Positions 19,983 through 28,086 of a stretch of 64,000 nucleotides of DNA are shown one piece after another. The translations under genes were made by a program, and so were the position numbers. Source of the DNA: Candidatus Kapaibacterium sp. GTDB taxonomy: Bacteria > Bacteroidota > Ignavibacteria > Kapaibacteriales > NICIL-2. Location of the stretch: positions 377,933 through 441,932 of the forward strand of contig JBBATK010000001.1 in assembly GCA_040398805.1 (NCBI GenBank). The letters run 5' to 3'. Position 1 is the stretch's first letter, and each line of letters starts with the position of its first letter. The notes below the pieces were generated by a model. The model was not told the origin of the DNA. It saw only the letters and a program-made list of their open reading frames with translations, and made no database searches.

Positions 19983-21209
19983 TTAGCGTCGCTTATCGAG
20001 TGTCATGACCATCTCAAGGGGTTCTCCATCCCTTTCCACCTTGACGCGGAGTTTCTGTCCGACCACGGCATCGTTGATGGCAACACTAACATCGTCATTC
20101 GTATGCATCTGCACACCATCGATTTCGAGCAAGATATCACCGGGCTCGATACCGGCGCGATCCGCGGGCGATTTGCTCATCACCTGCGTGACAATCACCC
20201 CTTCGGTCTTTTTGACGTTATAGTACCGAGCACTTTCCTCGTTCAGGAAGTCCACCGACAATCCTGTGGAGAATTTCCGATCCAGCTTCTCGCCATCCTT
20301 CAGCTTCGACACGATCTTTTTGACCCGATTCACCGGAATGGCAAAGCCGATTCCGATGCTGCCGCTTCCGCGTACCGAGTTCGACGTGGAGAAGATGATC
20401 GTGTTGACCCCGATCACCTCGCCGTTGACATTGACGAGAGGTCCGCCGCTGTTACCGGAACTGATCGCCGCATCGGTCTGGATCATGTTCTTGTACACAC
20501 GGCTCACACCATCGGAGTTCTCGCTGAAGCTGACACCCGTATTGCTCACCACACCCACCGTCACCGTTGGCTTGGAGTTCTTGTCGAAAAGACCGAAGGG
20601 ATTACCGAAGGCGATGGACCATTCACCCACCATCACATCATCGGAATTACTGAGTCGGAGATACGGCAGGTTCTTGGCGTCAATTTTCAAAAGCGCCACA
20701 TCGGACGTCGGATCGCTACCGATGATTTCCGCATCATACTTCTCACCGTTCGTCATCGTCACGACGATTTTCGACGCGCGCCCTGCCACGTGGTCGTTCG
20801 TCACGATGTACCCGTCCGCCGATATCAGGAACCCTGAACCGAGCGACTGTACTTTCTGTGTGTACCGTTGCTCGAAACGCTTATAGAAGTTGCCGAAGAA
20901 GGGATCATCGAAACCGAAACCGAAGCCACCGAAAGGATTGGCCGTGTACTCACGCATCTCCGTGATATTGATCCCCACGATGGCCGACGAACATTCGCGG
21001 GCCACGTTCGTTATCGCGTTCCTCCGGGACCCCGTGACGGCGGCGTTCTTCTCGTCCCTTTCCGCTGCAGAACGCTGGTTTTGCGTGGCTTCCGCAAGCC
21101 ATGGGGACTGCTGCTTGGAGCATGCTTGAGAATGTACCGAGGTAAGGGCGAGAATCGTAGCGATTCGAGCAAAAGTTCTCATGGATTTCATAACGTTCCG
21201 AGGTTTCAC
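19983..21209 (-). CDS. htrA: Periplasmic serine endoprotease of the HtrA/DegP (Do) family, trypsin domain plus one PDZ
   Basis: Signal peptide. Catalytic triad context: ...TNDHV, ...DVALLKI, ...GNSGGPLVN. C-terminal PDZ (GVIVTQVMSKSPADRAGIEPGDILLEIDG). Confidence 0.88.
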   Translation of the reverse strand: MKPRNVMKSMRTFARIATILALTSVHSQACSKQQSPWLAEATQNQRSAAERDEKNAAVTGSRRNAITNVARECSSAIVGINITEMREYTANPFGGFGFGFDDPFFGNFYKRFEQRYTQKVQSLGSGFLISADGYIVTNDHVAGRASKIVVTMTNGEKYDAEIIGSDPTSDVALLKIDAKNLPYLRLSNSDDVMVGEWSIAFGNPFGLFDKNSKPTVTVGVVSNTGVSFSENSDGVSRVYKNMIQTDAAISSGNSGGPLVNVNGEVIGVNTIIFSTSNSVRGSGSIGIGFAIPVNRVKKIVSKLKDGEKLDRKFSTGLSVDFLNEESARYYNVKKTEGVIVTQVMSKSPADRAGIEPGDILLEIDGVQMHTNDDVSVAINDAVVGQKLRVKVERDGEPLEMVMTLDKRR

Positions 21210-21274
21210 AGATGTTCAGACGTCGGGTAGGGTCGAAAGGATACCCGCCGTTCAACAACGAATCTCGATGCTGT

Positions 21275-22489
21275 CTATTGCCGCTGGCTGGCGAAGTGGT
21301 CACGAAGCCACGTACGGACGATTGCGTCGATTTCCGCACTCATCCAGTGCTCACCATCGTACGGCACGAACACGTGCCGCGTCTGTGCGGAGGCGAGCAT
21401 GGATTCTATGCGTTCCGCTGTGGCGAAGGGCACCGTGGGATCGTTGCGACCATGGGTATGAAGAACATCGACCTCGTAGCGACGCAGCTTCTCAGCGTGC
21501 ACTTCCAACTGCGCCTCAGGGTAATAACTGGCGGAGAGCATGACAAGCGATCGTACTTTGTCGGCATGCCGAGTAGCCACCATCGATGCGTAGTATCCTC
21601 CTTGCGAGAACCCCATCACGATCGGCTTTTCATCGTACAAGGGTAGATTCCTCCGCGCTTCCTCGAACGCGGCGAAGTACCAATCGGCCGACGCTTCCAT
21701 CACTTTCGCTCGCATCTCGGAAGGCGCGGCTATATCATCCGGTGCCGCCGAGAGGCGCAAGGTGTGGTCGGCAATCGACTCCCGGACCTTCGTGTAGGGG
21801 GCCTCGGGACATATGAAGGCCACATCCGCCATCTGCAAGGACTTCGCCCACCGCAACATCAGTTCCGGTGTCTGTCCGTTTCCGTGGAGGAGCAACACGG
21901 GGTGCAGTCTGCGCAAGGAATCAGGCCTCACACCGTTCACCCCCGCATCGGGTCGCCCTGGAACGTTACCCGGGCGCACGGCGAATGTTTCCACGGGCGG
22001 CACATACACACGATACCGTCCGTACCGCTCTTGGACGCAGAGATACGCGGGAAAGATCGTATTCCTGTCCGCATTGGATTGGGCCTCCTGCACAAGCTCC
22101 CGCCATCCTTTCATGGACCGAAGAGGAGTAAACGCCGCTTCCGACTGAAGATAGCCGGTATCGGCGCATCCTCGCGAAACTCCCTGTCGCAAGATTTCCA
22201 TCGCCCGTTCGGGATTGCCGTTCCGCACCAACGCCAGAGCGAAGCGCGGATACGACGTCGTATCAGAAGGAACAGCGGATATCCAGGTGTCGTAGAACTG
22301 AACAGCGCTCCGATAGTCCCCGGATTTCTGCGCCGACTCCGCCCGTTCCCGCGCACTTCGCAGATCGTCTCCTCGAAGCTCCGCCACAGCGACTTCAGAA
22401 GACAACGAAACGACGACAAGGAGAAACAATGATGACAGAGCGGACCGGAACGCAGAGAGGTTGCTTAGATGACCACGAAGCTCCATCAT
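21275..22489 (-). CDS. Secreted alpha/beta-hydrolase (phospholipase/carboxylesterase family) with an N-terminal TPR-like region
   Basis: Start chosen at MMELRGHLSNLSAFRSALSSLFLLVVVSL (signal peptide). The longer listed ORF (to 22768) translates through the two tRNA genes and was rejected. Nucleophile elbow GFSQGG; C-terminal His. Confidence 0.7.
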   Translation of the reverse strand: MMELRGHLSNLSAFRSALSSLFLLVVVSLSSEVAVAELRGDDLRSARERAESAQKSGDYRSAVQFYDTWISAVPSDTTSYPRFALALVRNGNPERAMEILRQGVSRGCADTGYLQSEAAFTPLRSMKGWRELVQEAQSNADRNTIFPAYLCVQERYGRYRVYVPPVETFAVRPGNVPGRPDAGVNGVRPDSLRRLHPVLLLHGNGQTPELMLRWAKSLQMADVAFICPEAPYTKVRESIADHTLRLSAAPDDIAAPSEMRAKVMEASADWYFAAFEEARRNLPLYDEKPIVMGFSQGGYYASMVATRHADKVRSLVMLSASYYPEAQLEVHAEKLRRYEVDVLHTHGRNDPTVPFATAERIESMLASAQTRHVFVPYDGEHWMSAEIDAIVRTWLRDHFASQRQ

Positions 22490-22532
22490 AGACGTCCGAA
22501 GCAATGGTTGAACATCGTTGCCGAGACGGGGG

Positions 22533-22562
22533 CAGAAAAGAAAAAAGACACCGGGAGGTGTC
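22533..22562 (-). terminator. Rho-independent terminator downstream of the tRNA-Ser/tRNA-Leu pair
   Basis: Minus strand: GACACCTCCCGGTGTC hairpin (6-bp stem, 22547-22562) followed by TTTTTTCTTTTCT. Confidence 0.6.
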
Positions 22563-22570
22563 TTCTGTCG

Positions 22571-22654
22571 TGCCCGGAACAGGACTTGAACCTGCATGTC
22601 CGTGAGAACACTACACCCTGAATGTAGCGCGTCTGCCAATTTCGCCATCCGGGC
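22571..22654 (-). tRNA. tRNA-Leu (anticodon CAG), 84 nt, class II with long variable arm
   Basis: Minus strand: GCCCGGATGGCGAAATTGGCAGACGCGCTACATTCAGGGTGTAG...GGTTCAAGTCCTGTTCCGGGCA. The 7-bp acceptor stem, anticodon loop TTCAGGG and T-loop GGTTCAAGTCC are all present. Confidence 0.85.
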
Positions 22655-22687
22655 TCTGCCGCGACTAACGATGAAATCGTAAGCCAG

Positions 22688-22774
22688 CGGAGAGGGAGGG
22701 ATTCGAACCCTCGATACCGTTGCCGGTATAACGGTTTTCGAGACCGCCCGATTCAACCACTCTCGCACCTCTCC
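22688..22774 (-). tRNA. tRNA-Ser (anticodon CGA), 87 nt, class II
   Basis: Minus strand: GGAGAGGTGCGAGAGTGGTTGAATCGGGCGGTCTCGAAAACCGTTATACCGGCAACGGTATCGAGGGTTCGAATCCCTCCCTCTCCG. Anticodon loop CTCGAAA; long variable arm. Confidence 0.85.
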
Positions 22775-22797
22775 GAGTTGGCTACTTTATGGGGCCG

Positions 22798-22805
22798 CAA
22801 AGATA
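22798..22805 (-). promoter_or_regulatory. Candidate -7 promoter element (TATCTTTG) upstream of the tRNA-Ser/tRNA-Leu operon
   Basis: Minus-strand TATCTTTG matches the TAnnTTTG consensus, 23 nt upstream of the tRNA-Ser 5' end, in an AT-rich 145-bp spacer. Confidence 0.3.
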
Positions 22806-22919
22806 CGGAACAGCCCCCGAGCCACCAACCATCTAGTTCCGGATGTTTTGGCAATTCACCCTTATGAACACGCTATCTATGTTGAATATCAACAGGATAA
22901 ATATTTTATTCACACTTCA

Positions 22920-24242
22920 CTAATCGCGCACTTCCCAGTAGAGTTCCGTACGTAATTGCTGAACCCACTTCTCATAGTCCTTTGTTTGCTTATACGACGA
23001 CGCCATTCTTTCGATATCCTTGTAGTCCGTCACGAGATCCGCTTTGTGTTTTGGGAACGTGCGCTTCCGAAGCACCAAATGCACGGCCGGTTTCGTACGG
23101 TCGGCCTGATACGGAAGAGGATCGGTCACCTGACCGTCCGCGAGTTTCTCGATGGCGCTTTTCAACGACGGGTCGAGCGCCGCCAGTTGGATCTTTCCGA
23201 GCGATCCGCCGAATCCTTGCGTCTCTTTCTCTTCGCTGTACATCTGAGCGGCATCCACGAACGAGATGACACCGGAATTCAGCTTCATCTTCAGGTCGGT
23301 GAGAAAACTCTTCGAGGCTTCTACGTCTTCGTCCCGACGTGAGACAGCGATAAGGATGTGTCGGGTCTTGATCTGCTCTTTCGTCCTATCGACCAACTGG
23401 ATGATGTGGTAACCGAAGGGCGACTCCACCGGCAGGGAATACTCCGTCAGTTGGAGTTTCTTTGCGGCAGAACAGTACTCCGGGACGAAGTCGTTACACG
23501 CACGCATGGCGAGCTCACCGCAGGAGCCGGCCGATCCGGGATCCGCTGAGTACCTTTTTGCGAAGTCGCAGAAGTCGCCACCCGCAACAATGGAATCACG
23601 GATCTTCTTCGCTTTCTGCATCGCCTGGTCCTTGGCCGACCCCGCCGGTGTGATGAGTTTCACGATGTGGGCGATTTCAATCTGTTCCGGTATCTCTGGC
23701 AGTGAATCACGATACACACGGAAAAACTCCTCAACGTCTGCGCGGGATACGCGTGTATCCCCCACTTTGGCCTGACGCATACGTTCCAGGAGTATGCGGC
23801 GCTTCACTTCGTCGTGACCGTCCTTCCTGATCTTCCACATGGGAATGCCATACGCCTTTTCCACTCGGTCCTCGGAACCGAATTGGGCGATGATCTGCTG
23901 CATGGTCTGATCCAACTGCTGATTGACCTCTTCCTCCGACACCTGCATCGTCGAGTCTTCAAGGGCTTTCAGGTAGACGAGCTTGTCGTTGATCATGGCG
24001 TCCCGGACCCGTTTGCGGATGGCGGGGTCGGAGACATTGAGCGACGGGTTCTGTTGGGCGAGCATGTACACCTGACCGTCCACATCGGATTTCAACACAA
24101 TCTCTTTGCCAACCACTGCTTCCACCCTGTCCAACACGTCGCCTTCACGCACTTGTTGGGCGAACAGCATCACCTGTGAACTCATGGCCGCTGCCAGGAT
24201 CGACAGAAAACGAAGGACGCGGTATGAAGAGGATGTCAGCAT
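22920..24242 (-). CDS. surA: SurA-like periplasmic chaperone / PpiC-type peptidyl-prolyl cis-trans isomerase
   Basis: Signal peptide, SurA N-terminal chaperone region, and a parvulin domain (...GGDFCDFAKRYSADPGSAGSCGELA...FGYHIIQL). Confidence 0.75.
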   Translation of the reverse strand: MLTSSSYRVLRFLSILAAAMSSQVMLFAQQVREGDVLDRVEAVVGKEIVLKSDVDGQVYMLAQQNPSLNVSDPAIRKRVRDAMINDKLVYLKALEDSTMQVSEEEVNQQLDQTMQQIIAQFGSEDRVEKAYGIPMWKIRKDGHDEVKRRILLERMRQAKVGDTRVSRADVEEFFRVYRDSLPEIPEQIEIAHIVKLITPAGSAKDQAMQKAKKIRDSIVAGGDFCDFAKRYSADPGSAGSCGELAMRACNDFVPEYCSAAKKLQLTEYSLPVESPFGYHIIQLVDRTKEQIKTRHILIAVSRRDEDVEASKSFLTDLKMKLNSGVISFVDAAQMYSEEKETQGFGGSLGKIQLAALDPSLKSAIEKLADGQVTDPLPYQADRTKPAVHLVLRKRTFPKHKADLVTDYKDIERMASSYKQTKDYEKWVQQLRTELYWEVRD

Positions 24243-24275
24243 GGGTCTGTGCGAAAAGGAATCACCGCAGGGCTC

Positions 24276-26429
24276 TTATCTCCCTTGATTACGGAAAATC
24301 ACATCGATGAACGATTGATTGATGATGACCGGATATTTCTCCTTGAGGCGGGCTATCCACGCCTCCGAGAACTTCTTCTGCATCATGTCCTGATATGCCG
24401 GCGCGAAATCCGGGATGGCCTCCTCGAAGGTCTTCATGCGCGGAGACTGCACCTCGTTGACCCGGACGATGGAATATCCCTTCTCGAACTTCAAGGGTCC
24501 CAGGATGTCACCCACCGCGGGCTTCATGGCATCGACCGCTTGCGCGAGCTTGGAGTTCTTGATGGAGAGCAAGCCCCAACGGCCTTTCTTTTCGCGATAA
24601 CCGTCACGCTGCGTCAGCAATTCCGCCTGAGCTTCGAAGGCCTCACGTCCGGGCGACCTCATGACAAGGTCGTACGACTTCTTCGCCGTCGTATCGGTGA
24701 GACTGTAGATCTCCGATACATCATACTTCGTTTCGGTGTAATACTTCGTCTTCGTCGAATCCCAGAAGGCACGCGCGACCGTTGTGTCGAACTTCAGCTT
24801 CAGCCACACTTCCTGCTCTTCGACTTTGAACAGAAGGATGCCATCGCGGAATTCCTTGATCAGCGCCGAGAAGTCCGCGTACTCGTTCTCCAAAACCCCG
24901 GCCGATTCGGAAATGACGAGCGGGTCGGCGATCTTATTCAGCGCATTCGTCAAGCCCTGTTTGTTCAGGGACGAACCACGCATGTCGGTGCGCTTCCGTA
25001 AGGAATCGATCATACCGGACACCGTGATCGTTCGATTCGGTGAACGGAACAGCGCCTTGGCCTTCGTTCCTTCAGAGATTCCCTTATACCACGTCGTGTC
25101 CGTCGTATTCTTTCCTGAACCGATCTCCGTGATCATCTCGTTCATGACCGCTTCGTCGACAACGTATCCTCGTTCCTTCTTCGTCTTTTCCAAGTATGCT
25201 CTCTTGTCATCCTCGAAGTAGTACTTCTTATAGATCTTCTTGACGTTGTCCCGCTCCTCTTCGATGTTCGTCTGCTTGGTCGAATCGCGACGGATCACAT
25301 GGGCTCCATACAGGGTCTGGATGGTCCCTATCTCTCCATCCTTAAGCGAGAACATCTTTTCTTCGAACTCAGGAATCAATCGATGATTGTCATTCTCGAA
25401 GCCCAACGAGCGTGAATAGTAGTACATCAGATCTCCGCCCTGGGCACCGCTCGTCTTATCGGTGGACATGGCACGCGCCGCATCACCGAAGGCAGCTCGG
25501 GGCTGCGACCGCAACGCAGCGGCCAGGCTATCGGCACGACGTATCGCTGCCGTGGAGTCCTCACCATCGTAGGTAGGCACAAGGATCTGGCTTGCCCGCA
25601 CGAGCGTCCGAGGTGATTCACCGATGCTTTTCACCACGAGATATACATAGCGAGAACGGACCGGTACCGGATAAAGCTCGCCCGATTTGAGCGTGTACGC
25701 GGCATCTTCGAGTTGACGGATGATACCGCCGAGCGATGTGAAGTACGGCAAGAGTCCGCCGCGCTCACGTGTCTCCTTATCCTCCGAGGAATCTTTGGCG
25801 ATAGCAAGGAAATCGCCGCCGTTCTTCACCAGTTGGATGCATTTCATGGCTTTGGCATAGGCGGCCATCGTATCGGCATTCTCGCCCTGAGGGATGACCA
25901 TGACCATGACGGCGACTTGCAGCTCCTTCTTTCGACGTTCCAGATACGTCGTCAGGTTCGGTTCGATGACCTTCTTGTCGAGAAGGTAGTTTTCCGCAAG
26001 AATGCGACGATTGGACGCCACCTCTGCCATGACAGCGGAATCCTTGTCGAATCCACGAGAAACCGCATCCTTTACCTTAAGACGGTACTTGACGTACAAG
26101 TTCAGAAAGTCCATGACACTGTCCTTCCGGACCTTCGTCAGGACGCTGTTCTTACGAACCATGTTCCGTTTGTACGCCGCTTCCAAGTCGCCGAGCGTGA
26201 CAGGATCACCACCGACGGTGGCAAGGACCGCCGTCCCGGGATTGATGTTTCCTTTCTTGTCTTCCGTGAGCACCAGTTTCTTCTTCGAACCCGTTTGGGC
26301 GAACGACCCTACGGAAAGCGCTACGACCGCGACTACCAGTGAAAGTGCCCTACGTATAACCAGACGTTTCATGTAAAATCTCCGCATAATTCGACGTGAT
26401 GAAGAATTGGTTTTCGACCGTGAGAACAT
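24276..26429 (-). CDS. Large periplasmic PpiC-type peptidyl-prolyl isomerase (PpiD/SurA-like chaperone), about 700 aa
   Basis: Two parvulin-like segments (GGDFLAIAKDSSEDKETRERGGLLPYFTSLGG and ...TSGAQGGDLMYYYS...) in a long SurA_N-like scaffold. Likely true start at 26372 (MKRLVIRRALSLVVAVVALSVGSFAQ signal/anchor). Confidence 0.7.
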   Translation of the reverse strand: MFSRSKTNSSSRRIMRRFYMKRLVIRRALSLVVAVVALSVGSFAQTGSKKKLVLTEDKKGNINPGTAVLATVGGDPVTLGDLEAAYKRNMVRKNSVLTKVRKDSVMDFLNLYVKYRLKVKDAVSRGFDKDSAVMAEVASNRRILAENYLLDKKVIEPNLTTYLERRKKELQVAVMVMVIPQGENADTMAAYAKAMKCIQLVKNGGDFLAIAKDSSEDKETRERGGLLPYFTSLGGIIRQLEDAAYTLKSGELYPVPVRSRYVYLVVKSIGESPRTLVRASQILVPTYDGEDSTAAIRRADSLAAALRSQPRAAFGDAARAMSTDKTSGAQGGDLMYYYSRSLGFENDNHRLIPEFEEKMFSLKDGEIGTIQTLYGAHVIRRDSTKQTNIEEERDNVKKIYKKYYFEDDKRAYLEKTKKERGYVVDEAVMNEMITEIGSGKNTTDTTWYKGISEGTKAKALFRSPNRTITVSGMIDSLRKRTDMRGSSLNKQGLTNALNKIADPLVISESAGVLENEYADFSALIKEFRDGILLFKVEEQEVWLKLKFDTTVARAFWDSTKTKYYTETKYDVSEIYSLTDTTAKKSYDLVMRSPGREAFEAQAELLTQRDGYREKKGRWGLLSIKNSKLAQAVDAMKPAVGDILGPLKFEKGYSIVRVNEVQSPRMKTFEEAIPDFAPAYQDMMQKKFSEAWIARLKEKYPVIINQSFIDVIFRNQGR

Positions 26430-26544
26430 ACCGACGGCTTCATGAGCCGGACGTCGAATAGTGTTCCGGACGGCCGGGCCACAAATTTACAATCGGATGC
26501 CCATCGACGGGATTCGTATTTCATGCCCCACGACGATTGTTACC

Positions 26545-26660
26545 TCGTGGTTCCTTGGGGCTTTGCAATCTCTTACCACCCGTTGTCTCAAGGGTCACCG
26601 AGCAGTCACGGTGTCGGCTGCTTCACCTTCCCGGCCATCGGTCACAACGCATCCATGATT
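26545..26660 (-). ncRNA. ffs: Probable signal recognition particle RNA (4.5S/SRP RNA) domain IV; boundaries uncertain
   Basis: Minus strand reads GACCGAUGGCCGGGAAGGUGAAGCAGCCGACACC. This closely parallels the E. coli 4.5S helix-8 motif GGUCAGGUCCGGAAGGAAGCAGCCAAGGC. Flanking sequence can pair into a long imperfect hairpin (CGUUGU/ACAACG; CUUGGGGC/GCCCCAAG). It lies immediately 3' of, and possibly overlapping, the murC stop. Confidence 0.35.
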
Positions 26661-28012
26661 TCCGCTCCGGCCTTGTAGATATCGCCCGCCCCAAGAAGGA
26701 GGACCATATCGTTTTTCTTTAGGTGACGTCGTACTTCGGACGGAATGTCGTTGACGGACGGCACGTAATACACGGCAGGGTGATCGTGCTTGCGAATGGC
26801 CTCGACGATTGTTTCCCCGCTGACACCGGGGATGGGTTTTTCGCGAGCCGCGTAGACGTCGGTGACGAAGACGAGGTCGGCCGCGGAAAAGGCCGCGCCA
26901 AAGTCGTCGGCGAAATCGCGTGTACGCGTGTACGTATGCGGTTGGAACACCGCGATGATCCGGCGGTCCCATCCTGCCCGTGCAGACTCGAGCGTGGCAC
27001 GGACCTCCGTGTGGTGATGAGCGTAGTCCTGCACCACCATCACGTCGCCCTTCTCCCCGAGGATCTCGAACCGACGAAGGACACCGTGGAAGTCGCGGAG
27101 CGTGGAAGCGATGACGTCCATCGCGACACCGAGTCGCAAAGCAACGGCAATGGCGGCAAGCGCATTCCGGACATTATGCTTGCCGGGAATATCCAAGAGA
27201 ACCTCGCCCATGTCCTCACCCTTGTGCATCACGTGGAACCTCGAGGTCCGACCCTCGAAGCCGCAGCTGACCGCTTGCACGTCGGCGGGTTCGTCGATGC
27301 CATAGGTGATGACCGGTTTGTTCATGAACGGGATGATGGATCGTACCCCGGGGTCGTCCACACACGCGACGACGAGTCCGTAGAACGGCAATCGTGCCAA
27401 GAACTGCACGAAGGTCTGACGTACGTCTTCGTAGTCCTTGTAGATATCCAGATGCTCTGCCTCCACATTCGTGACGATGGCGATCGTGGGAGACAGCTGC
27501 AGGAACGAGCGATCGTATTCATCGGCTTCCACCACCGTCCACTGACCATGTCCGAGGCGGGCGTTGGAACCACCCAGACCTCGCAGACGTCCGCCGACGA
27601 TCACCGTGGGATCAAGTCCGCCCGCCATGAGGACGAGTCCGCACATGGAGGTCGTCGTCGTTTTTCCATGCGTACCCGAAACTGCGAGGCAGTACTTCAG
27701 CCGAGCGACATCGGCGAGCATTTCCGCACGGCGAATCACCGGTATGCGAGACTCGTGTGCTGCGACGGTCTCCACATTCTCCCCGGGTTTCACGGCGCTG
27801 CTGTAGACGACCACGTCGGCACCCGACACATTCTCTGCGCAATGACCGATCATGATGGTCGCGCCGAGTTTTTCCAGCGCTTCCGTGGTTTCGGAACGAG
27901 ACATATCGGACCCGCTGACGACGAACCCTTGGGAAAGGAGGATCTCGGCGATGCCGGACATACCGATACCGCCGATGCCGACGAAGTGGATGTGGTTGAC
28001 ACTGGTGTACAT
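26642..28012 (-). CDS. murC: UDP-N-acetylmuramate--L-alanine ligase
   Basis: NHIHFVGIGGIGMSGIAEIL, Mur ligase P-loop GTHGKTTTTSM, and full-length (456 aa) Mur ligase domains. Confidence 0.92.
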   Translation of the reverse strand: MYTSVNHIHFVGIGGIGMSGIAEILLSQGFVVSGSDMSRSETTEALEKLGATIMIGHCAENVSGADVVVYSSAVKPGENVETVAAHESRIPVIRRAEMLADVARLKYCLAVSGTHGKTTTTSMCGLVLMAGGLDPTVIVGGRLRGLGGSNARLGHGQWTVVEADEYDRSFLQLSPTIAIVTNVEAEHLDIYKDYEDVRQTFVQFLARLPFYGLVVACVDDPGVRSIIPFMNKPVITYGIDEPADVQAVSCGFEGRTSRFHVMHKGEDMGEVLLDIPGKHNVRNALAAIAVALRLGVAMDVIASTLRDFHGVLRRFEILGEKGDVMVVQDYAHHHTEVRATLESARAGWDRRIIAVFQPHTYTRTRDFADDFGAAFSAADLVFVTDVYAAREKPIPGVSGETIVEAIRKHDHPAVYYVPSVNDIPSEVRRHLKKNDMVLLLGAGDIYKAGAEIMDAL

Positions 28013-28086
28013 GAAGGAAACTGTTCGTGGTTGAAAGAAGACGAAAGATGACGTATCGTTCCCCGCGTCATCGCACGGTGCACCGG

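Noticed and set aside
21275-22768. Extended 497-aa version of the alpha/beta-hydrolase ORF
   Set aside because: The 5' extension translates straight through tRNA-Leu and tRNA-Ser (e.g. ...SRVRIPPSPL... comes from the tRNA T-arm). The true start is at the MMELRG signal peptide downstream of the tRNA terminator.
22775-22919. AT-rich 145-bp island considered as a possible integration scar or mobile-element end next to the tRNA genes
   Set aside because: No integrase, transposase or direct repeats flank the tRNAs. The AT-rich tract is better explained as the tRNA operon promoter region (it contains a TATCTTTG box).
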